A stretch of DNA of 64,000 bases from positions 1 through 64,000 of the IMG/VR virus record IMGVR_UViG_3300031463_000004. The stretch is one strand, 5' to 3'. The notes below the pieces were generated by a model that saw only the letters and a program-made list of their open reading frames with translations, was not told the DNA's origin and did no database searches. Positions 1 to 8,739 of this stretch are shown here, in pieces (within the stretch, counting starts at the first letter, position 1; each line of letters begins with the position of its first letter). A program made the translations under genes and the position numbers. The DNA comes from a virus.

Positions 1-1313
1 AGGGGACTTGGATATTCAGGAACATTGTGGATGGCACTCTTAGGTGGCCAGAAGATGCGGATAAGGTGGTTGAGCTTATTCGGGACTTCTACAAGGTCAG
101 GAAGTCTGGAAACTTCAGAGCAGAACGTGATCTACTGAAGTACAAACGGTTCCCAGAACTGTGGGAAGTCGTAAATAACTACTTTGGGAAAGACAATGGA
201 CCAGAACCTAGTATGGATTTACCTGGAGTGGAATACCTAGGAGCATACAAGAATCTGAAATTGTACGAAATCAATGATGCGAGATCAATGGCAGAGATAG
301 CCAAGAGGGGTTCTGGGTGGTGCGTTAAGGATTTGTCTTATGGGAAAGAGTACCTGGAAGATGGACCATTCTTGCTCGTGACTAAGAATGGAAAGAACTA
401 TGTTCTCATCCACGAGGGTTCAGGACAGGCCAAGGACGTTTCTGATGACACAATCACTAACGAGATTGCTGGGGAGATCTTTCCACTCGTGAAATCCCAC
501 TTGAGGAACTACCGTGATGAGATAGCAATATTCCTGAACTATTACCCAGAGGAAGACCAGATAGATATAGTCGCTGAACACCCGCGCGCGTTGAAGTACA
601 TCTCCAAGCCATCCGAGAAGGTGATACGTGCGGCTCTAGAATCAGACCCATACGCCATCCGATACGTAGATAATCCATCTGAGGAACTTCAGCTGTGGAT
701 TGTGAAGCGTGCACCAGAAGCGATAGGCTCAATCAGGAACCCTACATCAAGAGTACAGCTGATTGCCGTAGAAGCAGATGGGGGTCTACTCGTGGCCATA
801 ACACATCCGACAGAAGAGGTACAGTTAGCCGCTGTGAAGGATGACCCATATGCGATCCGCTATGTCGAGAATCCACCAACTCAATTGCAATTGATAGCTG
901 TACGTGGGAATCCATATTCCATCACTGGGATCAAAAACCCGTCCGAGGAAGCGCAATTGGAGGCTGTTAAAGCGGATCCAAGTCTGATCCGAGATATAAA
1001 TAATCCCACAGAGAAAGTACAGTTGGAGGCTGTTAAAGCAGACCCACGTCTAATTCTGAATATACAGAATCCAACAGAGAAAGTACAGTTGGAGGCTGTG
1101 AGACTGGACAAGGACGTTATTAGGTATATCAGAAATCCAACGGATAGGGTCCTGGAGAAAGTCGGCATTACTGGTACAGTACGTAACTCCACGATTGAAA
1201 GAACCACTACTTATGTTACAAGAAAAAGCATGAGCAAGTGGCTCCATGGTAGTCACACAAATGGCTTGGTGGCACCCAGGAGGTTTCTAGACACACATAA
1301 ACGCCCTAATTAG
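1..1313 (+). CDS. Repeat-array paralog A (5' truncated): conserved N-domain with GWCVK motif plus ~9-10 22-aa repeats (DUF4116-like solenoid)
   Basis: Frame open from window edge; repeats of consensus IxNPTExVQLxAVxxDPxxIxY; DNA near-identical to parts of the next two genes. Confidence 0.85.
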   Translation, partial: GTWIFRNIVDGTLRWPEDADKVVELIRDFYKVRKSGNFRAERDLLKYKRFPELWEVVNNYFGKDNGPEPSMDLPGVEYLGAYKNLKLYEINDARSMAEIAKRGSGWCVKDLSYGKEYLEDGPFLLVTKNGKNYVLIHEGSGQAKDVSDDTITNEIAGEIFPLVKSHLRNYRDEIAIFLNYYPEEDQIDIVAEHPRALKYISKPSEKVIRAALESDPYAIRYVDNPSEELQLWIVKRAPEAIGSIRNPTSRVQLIAVEADGGLLVAITHPTEEVQLAAVKDDPYAIRYVENPPTQLQLIAVRGNPYSITGIKNPSEEAQLEAVKADPSLIRDINNPTEKVQLEAVKADPRLILNIQNPTEKVQLEAVRLDKDVIRYIRNPTDRVLEKVGITGTVRNSTIERTTTYVTRKSMSKWLHGSHTNGLVAPRRFLDTHKRPN

Positions 1314-1330
1314 ACACGATTGTGTCTAAT
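1309..1330. repeat. Perfect inverted repeat ATTAGACAC-gatt-GTGTCTAAT overlapping paralog A stop codon
   Basis: 9-bp arms, 4-nt spacer, read directly. Confidence 0.85.
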
Positions 1331-1346
1331 AACACAGGAGACTGAA

Positions 1347-3602
1347 ATGCGGCAGTATCAGCACAATTTATATCGTTGGTTGCATGGACTGGATAGGTTC
1401 CATTTCATAGCTGATATTCAAAAGAACTGGGTCGGAAAATACCGGTATTTTCTAGAATCCAAAAAGGGTGTACCCGAGAAGGAGTCGAAACAGATTGCAG
1501 AGAAGTTTGTCTCTGACTTCATTGACTTTCTACACAATAACGGTCTGAAAGAGTCCCCAGAGGGGACTTGGATATTCAGGAACATTGTGGATGGCACTCT
1601 TAGGTGGCCAGAAGATGCGGATAAGGTGGTTGAGCTTATTCGGGACTTCTACAAGGTCAGGAAGTCTGGAAACTTCAGAGCAGAACGGGACTTGCTAAAA
1701 TATAAACGGTTCCCAGAACTATGGGAAGTTGTAAATGACTACTTTGGACGAGATATTGGACCAGAACCTAGTATGGATTTACCTGGAGTGGAATACCTAG
1801 GAGCATACAAGAATCTGAAATGGTACGAAATCAATGATGCGAGATCAATGGCAGAGATAGCCAAGAGGGGTTCTGGATGGTGCGTAAAGAATGTCTCTTA
1901 TGGGAAAGATTACCTAAAACAGGGACCATTCTTGTTGGTGACGAAGAATGGAAAGAATTATGTGCTCATCCATGAAGGTTCAGGACAAGCAAAGGACGCA
2001 TCCGATGACACAATCACTTATGAAATTGCAAAGGAAATATTCCCACTTGTGGAATCACACATTTACGGAATACTCACTGGAGAACTGGGGGTATTCTTGA
2101 ACTTCTATCCTGAGGAATACCAAATAGATAAAGTATCCAAATACCCGGATGCGATAAAATACATAATTAATCCATCCGAGTCTGTACAGATAGCTGCGGT
2201 ATCTTCTGACGCAGATGCAATCAGATACATCTATTCACCATCTTATGACGTACAGATTCTGGCCGTGAAGAAAAATCCGTACACCATTGCGTATGCCCCG
2301 GACATACCTGAAGAGATGCAACTAGAAGCTGTACGGAAGGATGGTAAACTTATTAGAGACATAGATCACCCGTCTGATAGCGTGATACGTGAGGCACTGA
2401 AATCGGACCCATACGCCATCAACTACATAGACAATCCATCTGAGGAATTCCAGATGTTGGCTGTGAGAGAGGACCCAAAGTCAATACGATTCATTAAGAA
2501 TCCTACGGAAAGAGTACAGATGGTTGCGGTAGAAGAGAAGGGGGATGTAATTGAGTGGATAAAAGATCCGACAGAGAGAGTAAAGTTAGCAGCTGTAAAG
2601 AATAATCCATATGCAATTCGTTACATCGAAACCCCTTCCATCGAAGTCCAATTGACAGCAGTACGGAAGAGTCCTGGCTCCATCTCACAGATCAAGAACG
2701 CAGCAGAGGAAGTGCAGATAGAGGCCGTTAGGAAGAAAGGCACTATCATTGAATATATCGTTGATCCGTCAGAGACGGTGAAGATGGAAGCCGTTACGAA
2801 CGACCCGAACGCAATATCGCTCATCAAAAACCCATCTGTGGAATTAGTATACGCAGCAGTCAGAGCCAATGGTAACTCAATACAACACATCAATAACCCA
2901 CCAGAAGAGTTACAATTAGAAGCCGTGCGGAATACACCGATGAGTATACAGTATATTGACCATCCGTCAGAAAGAGTCCAACTTGAGGCTGTGAGGTTGA
3001 ACCCAGCAGCGTACCTCTGGATAGACAAACCGACAAAACGTGTCACAGAGGAATATTTGAAACACCCAGTATCAGAAGGGTCCATATCCACAATTCTGGC
3101 GCTAGACCCAAAGATAATAAGTAGGGTGCCTAACCCTTCTGAAAAACTACAGAAACAGGTCATAGCGCTAAGTCCCTATTACATATTTTACATAAACAAT
3201 CCGACTGAATCGGTTCAGGTAGAAGCTGTACGAAAGAATCCAAGAGTTATCGACTTTATAGAGGATCCAGTTGAATCTGCACAGTTGGAGGTCGTTAGAA
3301 CAGACCCAACACGGATCCGGTATATAAAGCAGCCAACAGAGAGAGTGCAATTGGAAGCTGTGAGACGGGATAGGCGTTCCATTCAATTCATTCACAATCC
3401 GACGGATAGAGTTCTAGAGGAAGCAAAAAGGGAAGATACGGATGATGGATCAGATGATATTGACCGAGTACACAGCTCCAAGACGGCACGAGCTAATCCA
3501 CATACTATGAGACAAAATCTGGTCTGGTGGCTTTATGGTAATCACACAAACGGACAGACACTATCCAGGAGGTTTCTGGATACCAATAGACGATATAATT
3601 AG
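1347..3602 (+). CDS. Repeat-array paralog B: N-domain plus ~20 22-aa repeats
   Basis: ATG 1347 preceded by CAGGAG; same architecture as paralog A. Confidence 0.9.
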   Translation: MRQYQHNLYRWLHGLDRFHFIADIQKNWVGKYRYFLESKKGVPEKESKQIAEKFVSDFIDFLHNNGLKESPEGTWIFRNIVDGTLRWPEDADKVVELIRDFYKVRKSGNFRAERDLLKYKRFPELWEVVNDYFGRDIGPEPSMDLPGVEYLGAYKNLKWYEINDARSMAEIAKRGSGWCVKNVSYGKDYLKQGPFLLVTKNGKNYVLIHEGSGQAKDASDDTITYEIAKEIFPLVESHIYGILTGELGVFLNFYPEEYQIDKVSKYPDAIKYIINPSESVQIAAVSSDADAIRYIYSPSYDVQILAVKKNPYTIAYAPDIPEEMQLEAVRKDGKLIRDIDHPSDSVIREALKSDPYAINYIDNPSEEFQMLAVREDPKSIRFIKNPTERVQMVAVEEKGDVIEWIKDPTERVKLAAVKNNPYAIRYIETPSIEVQLTAVRKSPGSISQIKNAAEEVQIEAVRKKGTIIEYIVDPSETVKMEAVTNDPNAISLIKNPSVELVYAAVRANGNSIQHINNPPEELQLEAVRNTPMSIQYIDHPSERVQLEAVRLNPAAYLWIDKPTKRVTEEYLKHPVSEGSISTILALDPKIISRVPNPSEKLQKQVIALSPYYIFYINNPTESVQVEAVRKNPRVIDFIEDPVESAQLEVVRTDPTRIRYIKQPTERVQLEAVRRDRRSIQFIHNPTDRVLEEAKREDTDDGSDDIDRVHSSKTARANPHTMRQNLVWWLYGNHTNGQTLSRRFLDTNRRYN

Positions 3603-3619
3603 ACACGATTGTGTCTGAT
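3598..3619. repeat. Second copy of junction palindrome (ATTAGACAC-gatt-GTGTCTGAT)
   Basis: One mismatch to 1309-1330 copy; same position relative to the TAG stop. Confidence 0.8.
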
Positions 3620-3635
3620 ACCATAGGGGGCTAGA

Positions 3636-5471
3636 ATGCACCGGCATCACCACAATATGCTCCACTGGTTATATGGTTTGGATGGGCTCCATTTTACAGC
3701 TGATATTCAGAGAGATTGGGTTGGCAAATATCGGCACTTCTTGGAAGCAGAAAAGGGCGTATCCAGAGAGAAGTCTGGTCCAATTGCAGAGAAGTTTGTC
3801 TCTGACTTCATTGACTTTCTACACAATAACGGTCTGAAAGAGTCCCCAGAGGGGACTTGGATATTCAGGAACATTGTGGATGGCACTCTTAGGTGGCCAG
3901 AAGATGCGGATAAGGTGGTTGAGCTTATTCGGGACTTCTACAAGGTCAGGAAGTCTGGAAACTTCAGAGCAGAACGTGATCTACTGAAGTACAAACGGTT
4001 CCCAGAACTGTGGGAAGTTGTGAACGACTACTTCGGACGAGATAATGGCCCAGAACCTGATATGAATCTACCTGGGGTAAACTATCTGGGAGCGTATAAG
4101 AATCTGAAATTGTACATGGTCAGAAATGCAGACTCCATGGCAAAGATAGCCAATAGGGGTTCTGGGTGGTGCGTAAAGAATGTGAGATACGGGATGATGT
4201 ACCTGAAAGATGGGCCTTTCCTACTCATAACCAAGAATGGAAAGAACTATGTTCTCATCCACGAGGGTTCAGGACAAGCAAAGGACGTTTCTGATGACAC
4301 AATAAATCACGAGATTGCTGGGGAGATCTTTCCACTCGTGAAGTCACATATTTCTGGTGAATTCAGCGAAAAAACAGGTGAACTGGCAGTATTCTTGAAC
4401 TTCTACCCGGAGGAATATCAGATAGATAAGGTATCCGAATACCCGGAGGCGATACAATACCTATCTAACCCATCAGATCCAGTACAAATGGCTGCTGTGT
4501 CTACTGAACCACATGTAATCCTATATATTCCCTCACCGTCTTATGACGTACAGATTCTTGCCGTGGAGAAGGATCCGAATACACTTGCGTATGGTTCGAA
4601 AATATTTGAAGAGATTCAAATAGAAGCTGTACGGAAGGATGGGTCACTCATCAATTACATATCTCATCCATCTGAGAAAGTGATACGGGAGGCGCTGAAA
4701 TCATACCCATACGCCATCAGATACATGCGCAACGCACCTGAGGAACTTCAGCTACTGGCAGTTGGACATAATCCAAAGTCAATACAATTCATTACGCATC
4801 CAACAGAGAGAGTACAGTTGGCTGCTGTGAGAGAGGACGGGGACGAGATCCAATTGATAGATAATCCGACAGAGAGGGTACAATTAGAAGCTGTAAAGAA
4901 TAACCCGTATGCAATTCGTTACATCAAGAATCCATCCCTGGAAGTGCAATTGGCCGCTGTACGGATAGCACCTTACTGCATTTGCCACATCAAGAATCCA
5001 ACAGAGAAAGTGCAGTTGGAGGCTGTAGGACGGGACAAATACGCTATTCGGTATATCAAAAACCCAGTAGAAGCGGCACAGTTGGATGCTGTTAGCACGG
5101 ACCCTGAGCTAATCCGGTACATAGAGAATCCAACAGAGAGAGTTCAGTTGGAAGCTGTGAGACGGGATAGGACCGTTATTCGATATATCAAGAACCCCTC
5201 TGAGACCGTTATTCGATATATCAAGAACCCCTCTGAGGCAGCACAGTTGGAGGATATGAGACGGGATAGGCATGCCATGCAATTCATTCACAATCCGACG
5301 AATAGAGTCCTAGAGGAATCCCTCGGTACTAACACAGCAATGGACTCTAATAAGATACAGTCAAACACATATGCTACGAGAAAAAGTATGATCAGATGGA
5401 TTTATGGTAATCACACAAATGGACGGGGAATACTCAGGGGATTCCCAGACATACGTGGACACCTTAATTAG
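3636..5471 (+). CDS. Repeat-array paralog C: N-domain plus ~13 22-aa repeats
   Basis: Same architecture; ~190 bp identical to paralog B in the N-domain. Confidence 0.9.
   Translation: MHRHHHNMLHWLYGLDGLHFTADIQRDWVGKYRHFLEAEKGVSREKSGPIAEKFVSDFIDFLHNNGLKESPEGTWIFRNIVDGTLRWPEDADKVVELIRDFYKVRKSGNFRAERDLLKYKRFPELWEVVNDYFGRDNGPEPDMNLPGVNYLGAYKNLKLYMVRNADSMAKIANRGSGWCVKNVRYGMMYLKDGPFLLITKNGKNYVLIHEGSGQAKDVSDDTINHEIAGEIFPLVKSHISGEFSEKTGELAVFLNFYPEEYQIDKVSEYPEAIQYLSNPSDPVQMAAVSTEPHVILYIPSPSYDVQILAVEKDPNTLAYGSKIFEEIQIEAVRKDGSLINYISHPSEKVIREALKSYPYAIRYMRNAPEELQLLAVGHNPKSIQFITHPTERVQLAAVREDGDEIQLIDNPTERVQLEAVKNNPYAIRYIKNPSLEVQLAAVRIAPYCICHIKNPTEKVQLEAVGRDKYAIRYIKNPVEAAQLDAVSTDPELIRYIENPTERVQLEAVRRDRTVIRYIKNPSETVIRYIKNPSEAAQLEDMRRDRHAMQFIHNPTNRVLEESLGTNTAMDSNKIQSNTYATRKSMIRWIYGNHTNGRGILRGFPDIRGHLN
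5171..5236 (+). repeat. Perfect 33-bp tandem duplication inside paralog C
   Basis: gaccgttattcgatatatcaagaacccctctga x2 (TVIRYIKNPSE x2). Confidence 0.95.
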
Positions 5472-5579
5472 AGACTATGTACCTTACGTGATACACAACG
5501 CAACACACAATAACCAGCTAAGAGGTCCAACGATACCTGGATTGTACAGGTTGGAGACTGGTTGTGTTATATCGGTTTG

Positions 5580-5912
5580 ATGGGTAGAGAGATACCTAAT
5601 CCTGATATGGAGGAAACGGTGGAAGAAAGCACCAACAATAATATGTTCGAGGTCGTGAAGGCTGTAATTAGAGGATCTAATGATGATGCCTGGAATACGC
5701 AAGCGGTCACAGAGAGGATGAAGAATAAGAGATTTGGGAGTTTTGAGGAAGCATTCCGATACGCGAAAAGAAGCCTTCCGGGAGAAAAAGGGACGATAAC
5801 TATCTGGTTTGAGTCTCAGACAATACACGGGTTCATCACTCAGGAGTTGGCGCAACTGCCTACGGACGCACCAAATACTGATTCAGAAGAGGGCAAGGAA
5901 TGTATGAAATGA
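5580..5912 (+). CDS. Hypothetical protein
   Basis: ORF co-oriented with array and tRNAs; start uncertain (5562/5580/5607). Confidence 0.55.
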   Translation: MGREIPNPDMEETVEESTNNNMFEVVKAVIRGSNDDAWNTQAVTERMKNKRFGSFEEAFRYAKRSLPGEKGTITIWFESQTIHGFITQELAQLPTDAPNTDSEEGKECMK

Positions 5913-5921
5913 GGTCGGTAT

Positions 5922-5998
5922 GCCCTCGTAGCTCAGGTGGATAGAGCATCTGCCTTCTAAGCAGATGGCCGCAGGTTCGAGTCCTGCCGGGGGCACCA
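5922..5998 (+). tRNA. tRNA-Arg(UCU)
   Basis: Acceptor GCCCTCG/CGGGGGC, anticodon arm TCTGC-CTTCTAA-GCAGA, GGTTCGAGTCC, encoded CCA. Confidence 0.96.
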
Positions 5999-6001
5999 GA
6001 A

Positions 6002-6075
6002 GCACTCGTAGCTCAACGGTAGAGCGTCCGACTTATAATCGGATGATGGAGGTTCGACCCCTCCCGGGTGCACCA
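6002..6075 (+). tRNA. tRNA-Ile(UAU)
   Basis: Acceptor GCACTCG/CGGGTGC, anticodon arm TCCGA-CTTATAA-TCGGA, GGTTCGA, encoded CCA. Confidence 0.93.
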
Positions 6076-6076
6076 T

Positions 6077-6163
6077 GCCGAAGTGGCGGAACTGGCAGAC
6101 GCAGCGGACTCAAAATCCGCCGTCCGAAAGGACTTGGGGGTTCGAGCCCCCCCTTCGGCACCA
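6077..6163 (+). tRNA. tRNA-Leu(CAA)
   Basis: Acceptor GCCGAAG/CTTCGGC, GCGGA-CTCAAAA-TCCGC arm, long variable arm, encoded CCA. Confidence 0.96.
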
Positions 6164-6168
6164 TCTAA

Positions 6169-7443
6169 CTAATGCACATCGTGCACCAGAAATCGGAGAA
6201 TGCGAGAGGCTAGCTCTCGGTAATCAACCCGAGCGTCACCAGGCAAGTAGAAGACGTCCTTGACAAACTCAGCAAGGCGATGAGCAAGTTTAGGGATTGT
6301 CCGGGAGAAATCCCAGTCAGTTTCTTCAAGAGTGGCTGACACCATATCAGCCACCATATCGTACAGTTCCATGTCGGAAAGGATTGCATCGAGGACCAGT
6401 TTTGTTGCAGCACGAGTCCCCGGCAATTCCGGGTCCTGGAACCCCTGGCTATAGAGATACCCAGCCTTCCGTGTGGATGATTTCTTCTTAGTGTAGTGTT
6501 CCTTGATAATTGTGGACTTGGCGTATTCTGCCGGTCGTATCTCTACCTCGTAGGCTTGGCCATCCGGCGTCCTAACGAGAGCCACCCCGCCGTCTACACT
6601 CGACCTGAATGAAACTACCCTCCCCACAGAGGAAACCATATCCCTGAGAACCTGGAGAGGCGACGCTGGGCGATGTGCCTTGACTCGTACCATTTTATCC
6701 TCCTTAGTCCGAATGCCTCTGTATTGCCCTATAAACGCGGCAGACTCTACCTCCAACATTGTCTGTTCCGCAATCATCTTATCCCCGTACAAGAGTATCC
6801 CCCAGGTGTCTCCAGTCACTGGGTCTACATCAACTGACACAACTGACACTATATGTGGGTCGCCTGAATACCCTATCTTTCCAGATACCACCCTAAGACT
6901 CTTGTAGTCTCCTAAATAGACTCTAATCTTTCTCAATATTGAGTCTAAGGCATCCCGGTATTCTCTCTCCAGTTCTCGTGACTCTGGGTTCTCCCGAAAT
7001 TTATACTCAGCCCTAAGAAGCCGCAAAGCCCCTTCATACACATCGTGGAGTTCCGTATCACTGAGACCATCGTATTCTATGTAATCAGATACCCAGTTAT
7101 CTACAATGGCGCGTTCATCACCAAGAATTGTACCTGGGAACCCTGCATGTTCTAGTGGCGAAACGAAATCATCTTCATCCAGTACCACGGAATCTGTTGC
7201 GTATGTGTTGAGTTCCCCAATGACAAGCATGGGGGAGCCGCCGTGTGCATCGGTTGCCTGCAACGCAGCGTGATAAGCAACTGAAATGTTGGATGTAATG
7301 TAGACACCTGAGTAGGGTCGAAGTGACGGGTATATAGCGTAGTCTGGATGCCAGGTCCAGATAGAGTTTTCTAGGACGTGTACGAGCCCCCTGGAACGAA
7401 TGCGTGGCCAGAACTTGGTAGTTGTCCCATGATACCAGCGCAC
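6169..7443 (-). CDS. Protein with N-terminal ADP-ribosyltransferase-like (H-Y-class/KptA-like) domain and unknown C-terminal part
   Basis: WYHGT..IRSRGL..GVYIT..A motif pattern; GGAGG before GTG 7443; second strong RBS and in-frame ATG at 6693. Confidence 0.6.
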   Translation of the reverse strand: MRWYHGTTTKFWPRIRSRGLVHVLENSIWTWHPDYAIYPSLRPYSGVYITSNISVAYHAALQATDAHGGSPMLVIGELNTYATDSVVLDEDDFVSPLEHAGFPGTILGDERAIVDNWVSDYIEYDGLSDTELHDVYEGALRLLRAEYKFRENPESRELEREYRDALDSILRKIRVYLGDYKSLRVVSGKIGYSGDPHIVSVVSVDVDPVTGDTWGILLYGDKMIAEQTMLEVESAAFIGQYRGIRTKEDKMVRVKAHRPASPLQVLRDMVSSVGRVVSFRSSVDGGVALVRTPDGQAYEVEIRPAEYAKSTIIKEHYTKKKSSTRKAGYLYSQGFQDPELPGTRAATKLVLDAILSDMELYDMVADMVSATLEETDWDFSRTIPKLAHRLAEFVKDVFYLPGDARVDYRELASRILRFLVHDVH

Positions 7444-7474
7444 ACGAACCTCCACACATCCAAAATACTACACG

Positions 7475-7942
7475 ATGGGAGTAGCAAATAGGAAAGTAAC
7501 GTACTTTGCCATTGTGTTAGTTGTGCCTGGAGGTGATGAAGTGGATAGACTAGAGATACCGTCCCGAATACTCCCGATGTGGCGAAGAAATGCCAGGACG
7601 AGCAGGCAATATCTTGGGGTGAAGCAGAAACACATTGTCGTCGCCACTCTCAGGATAGGGAAAAGTCTGTTCACCAGAGTGAACAGTGCGAAGAAAACGT
7701 GCCCAGTACAGAAAGAATACAGTAATGGAGAGAAGAGTCACCTACACGCAGAGATCCGTGTACTCTCCAGATTCGTTGGAGAGGATTTGAGAGGGCCGAT
7801 GTTGGTGACACGCTGGTCCAGGGAAAAGTCGGGATTCACAATGGCAAAACCGTGTAAGTACTGCACAAAATTCATCCGAGAGAACTTCCCCCACCTAGAG
7901 GTAATCTATACCGATAGGTACGGTAATCTGGTATGGCTCTAA
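7475..7942 (+). CDS. Zinc-dependent cytidine/dCMP-deaminase-fold protein
   Basis: HAE and PCxxC (HLHAE...KPCKYC); true start may be downstream. Confidence 0.75.
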   Translation: MGVANRKVTYFAIVLVVPGGDEVDRLEIPSRILPMWRRNARTSRQYLGVKQKHIVVATLRIGKSLFTRVNSAKKTCPVQKEYSNGEKSHLHAEIRVLSRFVGEDLRGPMLVTRWSREKSGFTMAKPCKYCTKFIRENFPHLEVIYTDRYGNLVWL

Positions 7943-8121
7943 GGCTTCAGTCCCTGGTCGTCCCTGATAGTTTCTTCCTTGGATTGGAGAGGGGTCATGC
8001 GGAGGATACGTCGGAGCTTGGCGATCTCCTCTGTGCTTTTCTGTATTTCCCTTGCCGCAGATTCCAGTCTTTCTACCAGGATTTCATGCTCTGGGACGGC
8101 AACGGTTTGAGACCCTGACAT
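7939..8121 (-). CDS. Small coiled-coil hypothetical protein
   Basis: GGAG RBS, helical heptad pattern. Confidence 0.6.
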   Translation of the reverse strand: MSGSQTVAVPEHEILVERLESAAREIQKSTEEIAKLRRILRMTPLQSKEETIRDDQGLKP

Positions 8122-8130
8122 TGCACACTC

Positions 8131-8739
8131 CTACATCCTCTTTCCAACAGCACTCAGTGCAATATTTACAAACTCTTCTTTTAGTAGAGTTGGCCAACTG
8201 TAGATAGTCCCGTCTATTCTACTCTTATAGTAGATACATACCCGAGCTTTTCTCCCCCAGAGTACCTCGGATCTGATATACCCATACCGGAATACGTCGT
8301 ACCAAACTGTAGGTTCGAACATTACTATAGGGTAATCGTCTGGGAGATTCTTTACGTTGATGACATCAGAGTAGGACAAACCACGTATGACAGATGATAT
8401 GGAGTTACGTACTTCATCCCATATCCTATCTATCAATTCCAGGTCCACTCGAACCCTGATTTCAGGATAATCCGGGTGATACTCCGGGATAGTTGGAGAG
8501 TCGAAGCCATTCGGATATACTCTGATTCCGTGTGGGGTGAGGACACACCGATGTGGGTCCACTCCCGGACCAAAGTGCTTCTCCGGACTCCAATTCGGTG
8601 GCAATCTATAGAATTTGTTTGTTCTTTGTCTTGACGTTAAGAAGTGGAGAGATGCAGTACCGAGAATAGCGAGGAAAAGTGCAGAGAGCAAAGATACAAC
8701 CATAAAATTGATGGTGTTATCGTACACGACTTGGCTCAC
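8131..8739 (-). CDS. Hypothetical membrane-anchored protein
   Basis: Hydrophobic N-terminal segment FMVVSLLSALFLAILG. Confidence 0.6.
   Translation of the reverse strand: MSQVVYDNTINFMVVSLLSALFLAILGTASLHFLTSRQRTNKFYRLPPNWSPEKHFGPGVDPHRCVLTPHGIRVYPNGFDSPTIPEYHPDYPEIRVRVDLELIDRIWDEVRNSISSVIRGLSYSDVINVKNLPDDYPIVMFEPTVWYDVFRYGYIRSEVLWGRKARVCIYYKSRIDGTIYSWPTLLKEEFVNIALSAVGKRM

Noticed and set aside
520-5320. 66-bp periodic repeats as a CRISPR array
   Set aside because: They are in-frame coding repeats without a constant repeat/unique spacer structure; no cas genes seen.
1-5471. Diversity-generating retroelement behind the near-identical tracts
   Set aside because: No reverse transcriptase in the window; differences are largely synonymous and not confined to adenines.
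5965-6263. ORFs 5965-6168 and 6075-6263
   Set aside because: They overlap three well-formed tRNA genes.
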